Assembly: GCA_013265495.1 (NCBI GenBank)
Contig: MU058221.1
Coordinates: 3,784,001-3,848,000 of the forward strand
Direction: 5' to 3'
Length of the DNA: 64,000 bases
Origin: Vicugna vicugna
Lineage: Eukaryota
The position numbers were made by a program, and so were the translations under genes. Under the pieces are notes generated by a model. It was not told the DNA's origin. It did no database searches and saw nothing but the letters and a program-made list of their open reading frames with translations. Positions 1-13,873 of this stretch are shown here, piece by piece (position 1 is the first letter of the stretch; each line of letters opens with the position of its first letter).

Positions 1-249
1 ATAACAAGTTTGGATTTTATTTTAAGTGTGAAAAATAGGGGATGGTTAAGGGACTATTGTAGGTGAGAAATAAAGTGGTCTGGGTTACACTGCCAAGAGC
101 TTGTTTTAAAATCTGTGGATCCGTACAAGGTATATCGCCTTGTTGATGGATTGCTTGAGTTTGTGTGGTATGCGGTGTGTGGGTGCGAGTGTTGGCGGTG
201 GTTCCTGAGCACTGGGTAACGGACATACAGGCGTAACTAAAGATAACTC

Positions 250-880
250 TGGATTTTTGTCTTTAGTGGATAGATGATGGGAAGAGCAGCTTAGGAGACG
301 AAAATCAAGAATTCTGGTATGCCTATCAGACATCCAACTGGAAATCCCATGGAGGGATTTAGAGATGCTGATCTGAAACTCTGGGGAGAAGGCTGAAGTT
401 GTGGATTTGAAGTCATCTGTGTAGACATGCTGTTTAAAGCCAAGAAACACAATGAATTTACCTGAAGGATATGCATCGATAAGACAAAGGGGCACAGATC
501 TAAGCTTAATGATACTTAAATACTTCGCTGTCACCTGGAAAAATAATTTCAGTGAAAGAGGCAGAGAATGAAAGCCACTGCATAGGGAGGAAACCCCTGC
601 CAATATGGTGTCATGAAATCCAATAGAAAAGGTTATTTCTAGAAGAATGCATGGTTGTCAGTGTCAGGAAGGATGGGGAGAAGAAAATAACACCTGCATT
701 TGAGAGAACTTAGATCACGGATACATTTTATCAGCATGATTCCATGAAATTAAGGAGATGGAATCCACCTGTGCTTTCCCAAGGCAATGGCAGAAAAAGG
801 TGGAGGGAGGAACCATTACCAGCTCCTTTAAGACATTTTCCTGTGAAGTGGGGCGGAGAGTTATAGTAACACCTGGACGT
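250..880 (-). mobile_element. Ancient L2 LINE relic
   Basis: Motifs such as 'cctatcagacatccaactggaaat', 'ggatttgaagtcatctgtgtagacatgctgtttaaagcc' and 'atggtgtcatgaaatcc' resemble the antisense L2 3' region. Recognised from memory; boundaries approximate. Confidence 0.6.
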
Positions 881-904
881 GGACATGAGCTCAAGGGAGG
901 GGAT

Positions 905-1045
905 TTTTGTGTTAATTGAAGGATAGTCAGTTACAGTGTGTCAGTTTCTGGTGTACAGCATAGTGTTTCAGTCATGCATACACATGCATGTATTCGTTTT
1001 CATATTCTTTTTCATTATAGGTTACTACAAGATATTGAATATAGT
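905..1045 (-). mobile_element. Short 5'-truncated L1 3' end with probable TSD (tcaagggag)
   Basis: Same L1 3' UTR as the copies at 52305-52920 and 57115-57230. 'tcaagggag' occurs at 891-899 and 1046-1054. Confidence 0.75.
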
Positions 1046-1939
1046 TCAAGGGAGAAGAGTTTTGTGAATGTTTTTCTCTTATTTTTTTTAAATGAGATTC
1101 ACTGGATTACGTCTGTTCCTACTGGCATGATCTGAGAGAGAGGGGAAGTTAAGAGCAGACAGGGTGTGTTTGCAGGAATAAACCCTCTAAGAGGAGACTA
1201 GGACAAAGTAGCCTTTATATGAGCACAGAAAATTATTCCACTATAATATAAAAAGATAGAGATGTTGATTACAAATGAAATTAGGCTGGAGAGTTCATTT
1301 TAGGTTGAAGAGTTAGAACATATTTTTAAAAGCTTTTATTGTTTCAGGAACATTCATTTTCATACACAGCGGAAGAATGAATCATCCAAAGTAGAAAGGT
1401 TTTGTCTCATTCTTATATTTGTCCTCAAGCAGCAAAACTATTGATAGATCGTATTTTCTTTTTGTTAAAGTAAAAATATATTCTAGTATTAACCCTGTCA
1501 CTGATTCGCCATGTGATTCTTAGCTGTGAAATGGTGAGATTAGCAAAGAACTCGGAGGCATCTCCTTTGTCTCTCAAACTTTCTGTGTACTTTGTAGAAA
1601 ATGTCTTTAGCTAAAATCAAGTTTAGGAAGCTAAAAAGTTACTATCGCACCCATACAATCATATCCAAGTGAAACATTTAAAAATAATTCACAGCATTTG
1701 TTAAATATGAACAATGTTTATACTATTTACATAATAGTATATGATATTATACTATTTCAATATGTAATATTCAAAATAAAAGTGATTTGAGACCTTAGAC
1801 CTTGGATTCCCAAAGGAATCCAATTCAATCGTATGCCTTTTATAGGTAACAAATAATTGCTAAAATTACCAGTTCCAGCTTGGGTGCATTGATCAATTAA
1901 AATTGGCTTGCAGTTTCTTTGCTGGGTACCCGGAACCAA

Positions 1940-2165
1940 AGTTGAGACGGTTTTTTGGCGAGCTACTGCCTAAAAACGAAATCCAGCCTGTTGCCTGTGT
2001 AACAAGTTATGCGATAACAAGATACGCTCATTTGGTTACATGCTGCCTTTGATCGCTTTCGTATAAGAGCGAAGTTGAGTAATTGTAACAGAGACCATAT
2101 AGCTTAAAAAAAAGAAAACCCTAAAATATGTTCCATACAAAAAATAGAAAATTTTGTGACCACTA
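1940..2165. mobile_element. hAT-Charlie MITE relic (MER58-like)
   Basis: 'aaatccagcctgttgcctgt', 'gctcatttggttacatgctgcc', 'gaagttgagtaattgtaacagagaccatat' and 'cctaaaatat' follow the MER58A motif order as I recall it. Confidence 0.6.
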
Positions 2166-3604
2166 GTTTAGATGACTCTTTGTCCCTTTTCCCCACTCTG
2201 TACCCTGTTCCTTCTTCTCCTTCTAATCTAAAGCAATGAAGAAGATGCACAAGTTTGCTAAAGTCTGTAAGTCAAAAGATGCCTGTCTTAAGTTGGAAGG
2301 AGACTTAAATGAGTTGCTAACAGGGAAGAATTTTTGAAAGTTAGAAAGTGGGACATACCAAAGCTTTAAAAACCCTGCGTAATACTGCCACAAAGTGCAT
2401 CTATGATATTTGGTATCTAATTACTGATTTGAAGTGATATCACCTTCCCATTCCAGCAAGCATGTGTCTGTTAAAAACTGGATCAGAATAGCTAATGAAA
2501 TATTCAAAAGAAAATACCTGCTTTGGGGGCCAAATAAACTTGTCTCTGGAACATCACAGATGGTTTAGAAATCTCCTGAATATGCCAGTCGTCCACGCAC
2601 CTACATAACATCAATGCCATCATTATCTGTGAAGTCTGACTGCACTGAATTCCTGCAAAAGCACATTTAAGTCCTGAACTCAGCTCTATTTTATATTCTA
2701 ATCACTATAATACACAGGTAGACTCATATCTGCAAACATTTATTGCTGTGTTGCCGACAGAGTTTAGTGAATTTGAAGGTTGTTTCCATGACAAATTACG
2801 GATATTAGGAAGAATTTGTTGCTCTAAAGATGGGCATTAATCTAAAAACACGTCATAGCAAAACCGTTAATGGACACTAGTTAATTAAAAAGGGAGTCAA
2901 GGATTTCTAATGGAAAATATTTAATATTTTGACCTTTTCCATTTTTTTCATCTATTATGTGAAGCTGAATCAATTATGACTATGTGGGGCATAAACAGGA
3001 AGGAACAGTGGATTACAAAATAAAATCATCACAGTAGTAACAACAGGAAGAGAGAGAAAGAGAATCAACACAAGAGATGTTTGTAATTATGTGTGCCCGG
3101 GGGCGAAGGGCACTGGGTTTGTAGATTACTGTCTTGATCACTCTTTTTAACAAATTGTTTGTACTACTTTGCCCCAGATAGAATTTCCCTTCTCAATTAT
3201 GAACCCAACTCATTTATTTTTAAGTCACCTATGTTGGGAGATAAAGACACACACACACATACACGCACACGCACACTCACACTTCTGTATCGTGTCTCCA
3301 TGCATGTATGCATATGCTCAGTAGTGATTTCAAATAGATTCAACTTTTTCTGTTGCAACCTCCTCATCTCGAGTTACTTTATTTCTCTCTGCATGTTGGT
3401 GATAGAATAATTTACATATGAAACAATTTATATAAGGTGGGAAGAGAGTCTAAGACAGTCTCATACACCACAGGTGTCCTAATCTAGAAATAAGACCGAA
3501 AGTCAAGACGTTTCCTGGGCGCATCCTCACTCATCTTAGCTCCTGTCTTCCTCTGAAGGAGACAGTAGGTGCTAGGACTCCTGTAACGTTAGATTTCCCA
3601 GATT

Positions 3605-3690
3605 CTGCTCTGTCTCTGTGTCTCTCTCTGCCTCTGTCTCTCTCCTCTCCTCCCCTCCTCTCCCTCCCCCCCCCGTCTCCTCTCCCCTTC
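3605..3690. repeat. Polypyrimidine (CT/C-rich) low-complexity tract
   Basis: About 85 bp almost entirely C/T, with several C runs. Confidence 0.85.
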
Positions 3691-4187
3691 TATCACTAAA
3701 AATGAACTAAAAAAGCAAAACAGAGTACACTGTGCACCTAAATTAATGGTCACTTTGCAAACTGCTTTTGCTAACTAATCTGTTCCTTTTTGCCCGTGTC
3801 AAACGGCTCGTGTTCTCCTTAATCAAATCCTGTCCCTGGTGAGTGCCCCCCGTCTTCTATTCTAATCTTGTTCTCACGTCCATCTGTGCTGGATTCTGAG
3901 TCTGTATTGCTGGTTCTTGTAGTTAGAATTCCTACGTTCCAATAGTTTGTGCAGTAGAATCTCAGAAAGAATGATTATCAGTAAAGGTGTGGATAATTGA
4001 TCACTGATATTGGTAATTATTCTTGATAATGGTAATTATTCTTCTTTCCAGGATCTGTAGAGTCTGCGTCATTGCATAAACCAGTCCTGGTGGGATTCAC
4101 ACTTGAGTTACCTACGTGAACTACTTGTATTCTTGTGACCAGACCTGTGCTAACTGGCTCCCTGATCATGTTTGTGTAAATTGAGGT

Positions 4188-5066
4188 GTTTTTTTTTTTA
4201 ACTTTTTTTTATTGAGTAATAGTCATTTTACATTGTTGTGTCAAATTCCAGTGTAGAGCACAATTTTTCAGTTATGCATGAACATAGATATATTCATTGT
4301 CACATTTTTTTTCGCTGCAAGCTACCACAAGATCTTGTATATATTTCCCTGTGCTATACAGTATAATCTTGTTTATCTATTCCAAAATTTTGAAATCCCA
4401 GTCTGTCCCTTCCCACCCCCCTCCCCCTTGGCAACCACAAGTTTGTATTCTATGTCTATGAGTCTGTTTCTGTTTTGTATTTATGTTCTTTTTTTAGATT
4501 CCACATATGCGCGATCTCATATGGTATTTTTCTTTTCTCTTTCTGGCTTACTTCACTTAGAATGACATTCTCCAGGAGCATCCATGTTGCTGCAAATGGC
4601 ATTATTATATATTATATATATGTACACACCCCACATCTTCTTTATCCATTTATCTGTTGATGGACACTTAGGTTGCTTCCATGTGTTTGCTATTGTAAAT
4701 AGTGCTGCTATGAACATTGGGGTGCATATATCTTTTCTAATTAAAGTTTTCTCTACATATAGGCCCAGGATGGGGGTTGCTAGATCATGGTAACTCTATT
4801 TTTAGTTTTTTAAGGAACTTCCACACCATTCTTTCTCCACAGCTGCTACACCAAACTACATTCCCACCAATAGCGTAGGCAGGTTTCTTTCTGTCCACAC
4901 TTTCTCCAAAATTTATTATTTGTAAACTTTTTGATGATGACCATTCTGACTGGTATGAGGTGACACCTCACTGTAGTTTGTTTTGCATTTCTCTAACAAT
5001 TAGCAGCGTTGAGCATCTTTTCACGTGCCTGTTGGCCATCTGGATGTCTTTGTTGGAGAAATGCCC
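4188..5066 (-). mobile_element. L1 3' portion (ORF2 C-terminus + 3' UTR + poly-A), apparently chimeric between a young and an older subfamily
   Basis: Poly-T at 4188-4210. 4200-4605 is a close reverse complement of the young copy at 51810-52240. 4620-5066 is L1 ORF2 sequence with older-type wording. Confidence 0.9.
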
Positions 5067-5896
5067 ACTTAGCGTACTTTGTGTTGCATCACGTCAGATC
5101 ACTATAATTTCACAACTTTTACTTTCCAGAAAGGTTTTCATGATCTCCAGTGGCTCCTTTGCGTGACACATTTTATAAAGTCAGAAATTTTTGTATTTTA
5201 ATATATTAATAAAACATTTTACTTTTTCTTTTGTCTGTTATATTATTTCTGTTCCCTCTGAAATTAATTTTCCATAATGGCCTTTTTTTTTTTTAATGAC
5301 AGATGGCAAAACTGGATTAACTTGAGATCATATGCCAAAATCTAGGAGCTGATCACTTTCAGCTCATTTAATTCTACAGACTCAATGTTTACTTTTATTA
5401 AATGTCTTGGATAATGAATAAATTGTATCCCAGACAAATTACTCAGATTATGGCCTAAAATATTTAACTCTGCTTCTATGGAAGTGGATTTTTTAAATAA
5501 GAACATAAGATAATGATATAGCAAGATATCCTTGTGACAATTACAAATAACACAACATTGAAATTCTATATCACTATTGCTGAATATTTTAACACAAATT
5601 TATTATCATTTACATTTCTAAGTTTTATCTCCCTACTGCTGGCACAACCAGATAGTTCAAACTCATCCTATACGTGCTTTGTCCCAGCTCTGAAATCTGT
5701 CCTGGTTGTTTTCAGTGGGCAATAGTATTTAGAAACCAAAATTCGGGTGTTAGGTGTGCTAATTGCGATGATCAAGGATAGATTATGGACATGTGTATGT
5801 ATATTCACCCACAGAAACACACACACATATTTCTCTTGGCCTTTAGCTCTAGCTCTAGGTAAAGAAATAAGTCTATTGGACTTTATATAGCTATCT

Positions 5897-5898
<2 letters not shown>

Positions 5899-5927
<29 letters not shown>
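5899..5927. repeat. (CA)n microsatellite
   Basis: Uninterrupted CA run of about 14 units. Confidence 0.95.
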
Positions 5928-8269
5928 CTCTATATATATAAATTCACACTGTAACTTAATTCCAACCCAGCAGTGCAAGTTTAGGTCAGTTTTCTTTCTT
6001 TGCATATCTTTCGCTCTCTCTTCAACAATGAGAAACTTAACTCATGTAATCTTCTCCCTCTGTGTTTACTCATTTGTCCACTGTGCCCAAATGTAGTCAG
6101 TCTCTCAAAGTCATAAACTGCTTCTTTGGTCTCTGCTCTGCCAAAGACGCTGGCCAAATGGGTCTGAGCCTTACTGAAAACAGCGAATGCACCAGGAAAA
6201 CCATTGACTGTGGACCCACAGAACATGCCAGACCACTTGTCAGGTCCAAGCACGTCTACTGGGCCAGTTGCTTGGGCCAGATCTTTAGTCTCAGCTCCAC
6301 GACAGACAAATCCTCAACCCTGGCCGGCAGATACTTGACCCAGGCAAAGGGGAAGGGAAACAAGGACGGGGAGGAATTGCTTCATAAATATCTTATTTGC
6401 GCTTTTGCTACAAAATACATGCTCTGTAAGATCAGAGGGTGGATGAGATTTTTACCACGATGATACGTGCACATGACAAATGCAATCACATTGTATTCAT
6501 TGTTGAGTAGATGAATGAATGAATGAACAACCATTTGGTAACTGAAGGTAGAGTGGACATTGATTTCCTAATTCCTGACACACTATTTTTATATATGATT
6601 TTCTATGATTTTGGGTTTTTTTCCTTTTTTATTTATGCATGCATTCAAGTGTGCATGTAGAAAGGTCATACTTATCTATAAGATGATACAAATTAACTTT
6701 GTAATTTGTCTTTAGCTCACAAATAAATGTTCCAGAATTCTATGAAATAAGTAAAATAAGTGTACAAATTTGTTTATGTCTGCATTTTACTTATTTCCCA
6801 TGCAGGAGAATCCACTGTGTTTGGCATAATTTAATCATTTCCAAATACTATTGAAAGGAAATCTAAGTACAAAGGCCTTACTGAGAAAGGTGATCCATTA
6901 ATGCATCACCCTCCATGACGAGTTAGTTACCATGTTCATTTCTGACACTTGGGAAAGATTAAAATAGTGATTCCATGTAGTACACAATCAACAGGGATTT
7001 CATTTGGGGGAGTCAAAAATGGCATGTCTAAATCCATTGGAAGTATCACTTACAATAACAATAGCAATTAGAGAAATAGTAGTATATTTATATAGTAATT
7101 TACATGAATGAAGATCAGTTCAGCTAAGTCCCATTACATTTTTATCCTTACAAAACTCCCACAGATTTGTAATTATGGCCCTTTAATGGTCAGGAAACTG
7201 AGGACGAGAAAGACAAAACTAATCGGCCTAAATCCAAAATGATTGTAAACACTGCACCAAAGGAGGGCGCTGCCTTCGCCACGATAAGATGAATGTAAAT
7301 TTCCACCTCTGTCCTATTGAGAATTGAACTCCGTTGATCTGCTTGATGATATCATTTGATCTTTATACATAACATCATTATGATAACTTGTCAACAGTTA
7401 GGCTAGTTTGTGGTTGTCTGTGCGCCCTAATTGGAAATTCTCCTATGGCACATTTCAAAGGAAACAAGTCTGTTGATGATTGACTAACGTCCCAACAGGT
7501 AAAACAGACAAAAGTATCAATTTATTCCAATGTTGTGGTTCACTGATGATGAATTTCCTCAGCATCTGCTTGGGTGTTTGATTAAACTATCCATCAGCCC
7601 ATCTGTTTCTAGCTGATAGGGAGTTGCCTGCAAAGGAGTGAATCTGAAAAGCTTGCACACTTCATTTAACAGGGTAGAGACAGAAGAATTAAAGCCCCGA
7701 GTTGCTGAATTTTCTCAGAGCAAGCCCAGTGACTGATCTCCAACATTAGCTGATTGGCTGGCATTCCTTGTGCAGTCTCGGTGCTTACATGACTCCTGTG
7801 GACTCCGGCCACAGTTGGGCTAGTTAGATGAAAGACGCAATCAAGAGGCAGTAAGGAGTTAACAGGCCGCCATGCTGTCTTGGTCAGGACGTGTGTTATG
7901 TGAGGGGAAATTGCCTCTCTGAGCCTCTGCTTTCTTACCTCTAAGGGTGCTTTCTCAGAGCAGGCTATACAGCGCGTCGCATCATAGGCTTCCAACAGTT
8001 TTGTTTCATTTCTCACATTTCAGTCTTCCCTAATCCACTTGCAACATTTTTGTAACACAATTAGATTGTTTTCACTCTCTTCAGAAAATTTAAATAACCA
8101 GTTTTAAATCTATAAGTTCTCTGAATTTCCCACTAAGTGTTTTATGCTGGGCAAATTAATTAGTATCTTGAAGTTTCAATTAATTTACATACAAAATGAT
8201 GATAATTATAATAGATTCACAAAATTATAAGGATTAAATGAGATAGTCCAGATGAATTTATCTCAGGAA

Positions 8270-9200
8270 ATCAAGTTTGATTTAACATTGAAATACCAAC
8301 CAATGTGCTCCAATGCAATGATGAAATAAAGAGAAATGTGTGAATCTCTAAGATGCTGAAAAGTACATTTGATAAACTTTAACAACTACTCATGAAGAAC
8401 ACACACACACAAACACACACACACACACAAAGAACCATTGGGGGCTCTTTCTCAATCTGTAAAGAGGAATCTATAAAATAACCCAAAGCTCATATTTTGC
8501 ATGTTACTTGATAGTGAAATATTAAACATTCCTCACTCTCCTGCCAAAAAAATTGGATAGAAGGTAAGGTTTCTGTTCTCTCCAAGTTATGATTATAGTA
8601 GAGATCCTAGCAATCATAATACAGGAGAAAATGAAATAAAAGTCATAAAAACTGGAAAAGAAAAAGTAAAGTCTGCCTTTACTTAGAGATGACACAGTTG
8701 TATATATATAGAAAATCTTATTGATTCTGTTAAAAATATCCTGGATGTAATAAATGAATTTAAAAATTATTCATAATAAACAAATTTGTTTGTACAAATT
8801 TGTGGATAGTTCTTAGCATCAACCAAGTGGAAAATTAAATATTAAACAATTACAATAGTAACACAACTGTAAAATAATTAGGAATACATTTTTGGAAGTC
8901 CTGTGATACATTTGTACTAAAAGTTACAGAACAGTGGTGAAAAAGATTATAAAAGGCATAAAAAATCATCTACATTAATTAGAAGGAAAACAACCTTTTA
9001 ATTTTCCCCAATTTTTGTCTGTAAAATTTCAGCAGTTTTTGGAGAAATTGACAAGAGAAGTGGAAGGACCTCACACAGTCAACATTATCTTGATTAAAAA
9101 AAAGTCATACTATCTGATTTCAAACAATTCCTATAAGCTTACAGTATTCAAGACAGTGCAGGTTGGCGGAAATTCTCAGCTGAATATATACGTAAGTCAC
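8270..9200 (+). mobile_element. Old L1M ORF2 relic (reverse transcriptase region)
   Basis: 'gatgctgaaaagtacatttgataaa' resembles DAEKAFDK. 'aaagtctgcctttacttagagatgacacagttgtatatatatagaaaatc' resembles VKLSLFADDMIVYIENP. Heavily degraded, with a (CA)n at ~8398-8429. Confidence 0.7.
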
Positions 9201-9489
9201 AACAATGAAGTAACAAATTTTACTTGGATTTAGCTACATTAAGCTTTCGGTATGGCATGATACAGCAGAATTTAAGTTTATGTTGGGCAAATTAATTAAT
9301 GTCTTGAAGTAGCTTAGGTTTTGGTACTTTTTTTTTGGACATCATATCTGTTTCCTTCTGTAGTCATGGTTTGTCCCTTTGAGCAGTTGGAACTCTCATG
9401 AACCCTTTGAGTTACAGTTTCCTTTCCTGTAAAATGGGGTAAAAAATGGCTTAATTTGGCAAAATAATATAATAAATGGCTTAGGCAAG

Positions 9490-9830
9490 ATTTCAGTTTG
9501 GTGGAAACCAACGTCTCAATCTCAGTGACTCGATTTAACAAAAGTGCGTCTCTTGTTCACTCCACGGCATTCGCCCTGGTCGGCAGGCATGTGGGGGTGG
9601 GAGAGGCTTCTGCTGGCTTTCGGGTGCATCATATGAGCTACAGGTACAGAGCCCTGTCACCCTTTACCCTGTGCTCCAGCCTGACATGGCACGTGCGATG
9701 TCTGCTTCTAGCCTACTGGCCAGAACTGAGCACGTGGATCAAATTGGAAGGGGGCTGGGATGTGCAGGCGCTGTGTGCCTGGAGGGAGAATGAACCAGGT
9801 AGGAGGAACGCAAATAATTCTTGCCGTAAA
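9490..9830 (-). mobile_element. MaLR LTR relic (MLT1-like)
   Basis: 'ctactggccagaactgagcacgtgg...aagggggctgggatgtgcagg...ctgtgtgcctggagg' resembles antisense MLT1 motifs. Confidence 0.5.
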
Positions 9831-11923
9831 GATTATGCGAAATAATGCGGAAATAAAGCTTCAGCACTTTGCCTGTCCCAGAGAAGAAGGGCTACTTACT
9901 TACTTTTAATTCAGAAGTTTGTAAATTGTAGTAGTGGCCTTCATTCTTTTTAAGACATTTTAGGCTCTGAAAGGCAGAACGGTGTAGGCAAAATTTTGGA
10001 TTCAAAAGTAGATCTGGGTTGTAGTCACGGGTGTGTAATGACATATTTTTGACTCTAGAACTTAAGTTGCATAATGTCCTTGCACCATATTTTAATCAAT
10101 TAGATTTTATTAAACATTCTTCTACAAAGTTTCTTCCAGTTTGAAATTATCTGAAGATTATCCTTGACTATGTATCTTTATAGACTTTATCTTTATAGAC
10201 TGTATCTTTACAGACCTAACCATTTTGTAGCTCAACGTTCAGCAAGTGAATTTTGTTCTTTATCTTCTGTAGACAGTATCACACTTACCATTTAAATCTT
10301 GGTCAAAAATGTATGAAGAAAATATTAAAACATTATTCAGGTAGTTATGAACATTGAAATCTGTGAGAGAATGATGGATTTTTAAAGTGGTCATTGTTAG
10401 CTGGAAGGCACGCACTGCACATTTATAATTAAAAAAAGAAAAAAAGAGGTTCAAGTTATCCCAAAAGATTTACAATGTTCTTTCCGACAAATAAAAAAGG
10501 TAACTTTTTTCTTAATCTTGCTTCAAGCCATCTTCCCTGCTAACTTAAAAACTCAAATTCAGTGGATTGTCTATTTTTGCCTTTAGGCAAAGAATGGTAT
10601 TCAGAGCACAATCCAGATAAAAGAGAGGCCATCTTCCTTTCTGAAGCATTTCTGCTGCTGACCTTCAGTCTAGAAATTTCTCTAGGGAGAAGCTTTCAGG
10701 GAGAAACCATTGTCCAGTAGAAGGCAAGATAAAGTCAAGATCTCTTTTCATCTTGATTAGGTTTGGCCCTTACTTATAAGATGGGAGAAATTATTTAATA
10801 CTTTAAGTATTCATGGCAGACCAAATTGGATGGATCCTTGAATCATATGTAGGGAATGAGAAGTGATATTGGGATGAGAAAATTCATATTCAATATTAAC
10901 TATGCTATTTTTTTATGTTTGGTGTCCAGCCTGTGTTTAAAGTCTCATAGTCTGTTTCCACAGCAAGAAAAACAGCTTAATAAAGTTCCTCTATTGTCGA
11001 AGATATTAGAATGCAAAGACATGGTATAATCTATAAACCATCGCACAATTTAGGATTTTATTTTTCCTTCTTGCACTCAATTTAGCAGCTGGTACAAAAT
11101 ATGTAACCAGTGCGTGGTGTCTGAGTAAATGGACATAGAAGAAGCGGTGGGAATGTGGTGGGGAGCACGTTATGAATCTGAAGTTAACCGTAGAGTCAGG
11201 GCTTATTCTGAATTCAAGCCCCCTCTCTGGAAAACCTGCCTTACCACACCAGGGCTGTTCCTACTAAAATTTACATGAGATAATTTTGTTTGTGCTCAGT
11301 GATGTTCCCAGTAAAGCAGCTGGATAATGTTTAAAGTGATTACTTGGATTTTTAAATGCATAAGTTTAGCCCAAGTCCAGGCACATTTAACCTTCTACAG
11401 AACTGTGTTCAGGTTAAAACTTACACTGATATTTCCATTATGTCCCTTAAGTGATATGTAAACACAGGCTATATTCTGCTTATGCAGAGCATTAAACTAT
11501 CTTTAAGTCATTTGTCAGTTTATGTTGGAGTGGAAGGAAAAAAGGATGGAGAACAAGATAAAAATTGATAGAACATGTGGAAGAAAACAGTTCATGTGAG
11601 TAAGATTTTTTTGCCTGATTTTCACTCTTGCTTCCCTAGTGACTTGATTAATGTCAAGTAAAAGTGGCCCAGTTAATTTTGATGATTAAACACATTAAAG
11701 TTGAGGAAAAGAATTGGTTAGAAGAGTATGGGGGGAAGAAAAGGATTGTGAGGAGGAAGAAAATAAAGAAAGAAAAAAAAAACTGAAGAGCAGAGCTAGG
11801 TGAGGCAGCCAGTGGGGCATTGAGAGAAAAAAAAGATGAGGGGAGAAGTTCAGACATTCTCTCTATACCCCAGAAGGAAAAAGGGAGAATGAATGGACTT
11901 GCCACCTGAAAGCTCTTGGTGAT

Positions 11924-12446
11924 TGTTGAATGAATCAAGTCAAAGATCCAGAGGATTTAGTATTTCTTGCAGCAAGTGCGGCGAACACCAGGAATCCTTG
12001 CCAAAGCTGTGTCTCCCTGAACAGCAAAACTGGGGACGTTTTAGTCTAAAGGCACATGGATATTCATGAAGGGGCTTGGGCAGTCAACAGAGTCCAAGCT
12101 GTAGTTGATTCAAGTCACGAAGGTCAGGAAAGGCCAACATCATCATCCCTTTGGTTCCAGTTGGTCTGGTGATGGAGAGCTTCTGCTGATCTCGACCACT
12201 GAAACAGAGCTGGAAGCCCTTACAACTGACATTTGCTATTCTTACTTCTCTTGCCTGATAACAGGCAATGTTTCTGCACTCTTTTATTCCCTTAAGATCA
12301 CTGATTACTGAGACCTGTTCAAGGGCATGCAGTGTGGCCAGGCACAGGTCACAAAATGGCTTACGCCAAAAATGGCGTCTTGTCTGTCAAGAAAGCCATG
12401 CCTGGTTCTCCTTCTCTGGGGACCCCCTACCCCATCTGCTTACCCA
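11924..12446 (-). mobile_element. Solo ERV1-type LTR
   Basis: Begins TGTTG and is a GC-raised block of about 520 bp. It ends 'ggggaccccctaccccatctgcttac', typical of an antisense ERV1 LTR 5' end. No clear TSD. Confidence 0.65.
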
Positions 12447-13873
12447 TTCTGACTTCATTAATACTGTCACATCTGACACCTTCCAGGGATAGAACCGACT
12501 GCCTCAGGAGGTGAAGAGTTCTCAGGTCACCTGAAGCGTGTGACGACATTAGGTGTGTGTCGTAGAAGGGACTTGGGGACCACATCGGTGCCCTTGAATT
12601 TGAGGGCAATTGGAGAGTCAGAGCTGCCTCTGAATTCAGTTTCCCCACATAAAACAAATTAATAAAATGATATAAAAATCTTTACATGATAAACTTCAAA
12701 AATTCCGGGGAAGAAGGACTTGGAAGTTACACAGTGCACTGTGAAAGAATCAGAGAAAAATGAAGGCTGGTCTCAGTTACAGGTTCCTTTTTCACTGCTC
12801 TATCCGGGAGAAGATGAAGGAGATCAGGGAGTGAAATAGAAGGACAAATGTCCTCCAAGGTCTCCATGCAGGGTTTTGCCCTCCTCTGGCTTGTTGGCGC
12901 CAAATTGAGGCATTTGAAATAAAGCTTTAGGCAGATCTTTGTCACAAATAATATTTTGATTGCATTTAATTCTTCCAATACTATATCACTTCCCCTATTA
13001 TTTGGTAAACTACATGGGTTATTTGAAAATCATATATTTTATATCACAGAATAACAATAAATGATAAGAATACTCATTTTGTGATAAAGAGATTAAGTAC
13101 ATTGGTGACTGACTGCAAGAATCTAAATATTCAACCTAAAGGCATTTTTATGTAGCTTTATCACTTCCAAAGATGAAAAAATGAAATATTAATCAAACTT
13201 TCACCATCCTATTTTATTACAGTTTTAAAAATATAGCCACACTGCTGCCCTTGCCTAAAGGAAGTATATTAATAAGAGAAACCTGCTTCAATTATAAATC
13301 GAGAAGCAAATATTCTGCACTGCAAAACTCGATGCAATTTTAGATTTGGGAAAGGAACATAGCTTAAAATTTACATATTAATTAGCATACAAAACATAGA
13401 TGCCACCAGGGTGATGGCTTTTTGCTAGGAAGTAACTTTGAACGTCAATGAAAAATAAATAATATACCCAAATAAAAGCTTCAAAATGATATACATATGA
13501 GGATATATAAAGAGACTGTAGCACAAAATATTACAAATTAAGATTTTTTTTGAAATTAGAAGAATTTTTTGTACCTAACTATAAGTTTAATGGAGCAATA
13601 GACATATAATAAAAATGACAAATACAGAAAAAGTCCATTCTCAATGTATTTCATCGTATGAAAGGAAATATGAGTCTTTTTGTTTTAGGTATTGTCCTTG
13701 CCGCAGCTCAGAAGCCCTGTATCTTTACTAGGGGGGAAAAATGGGAAAATTTCACAGGCACATAGTCTATATTTAGGTAACATCATCTTCAGTTTTAAGC
13801 CGAGTCTGTGTTTTTGCATGACCTAGTCGCCTTTCTTCTCTATAACATGGTCATAAAAGTAGTCGCTTCCTTC

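Noticed and set aside
106..603. 165-aa minus-strand ORF
   Set aside because: It largely overlaps an L2 relic, has a non-ATG start and shows no host-protein similarity.
7546..7616. C/D-box snoRNA-like spacing (ATGATGA ... CTGA)
   Set aside because: No convincing terminal stem and no rRNA/snRNA guide that I could recognise.
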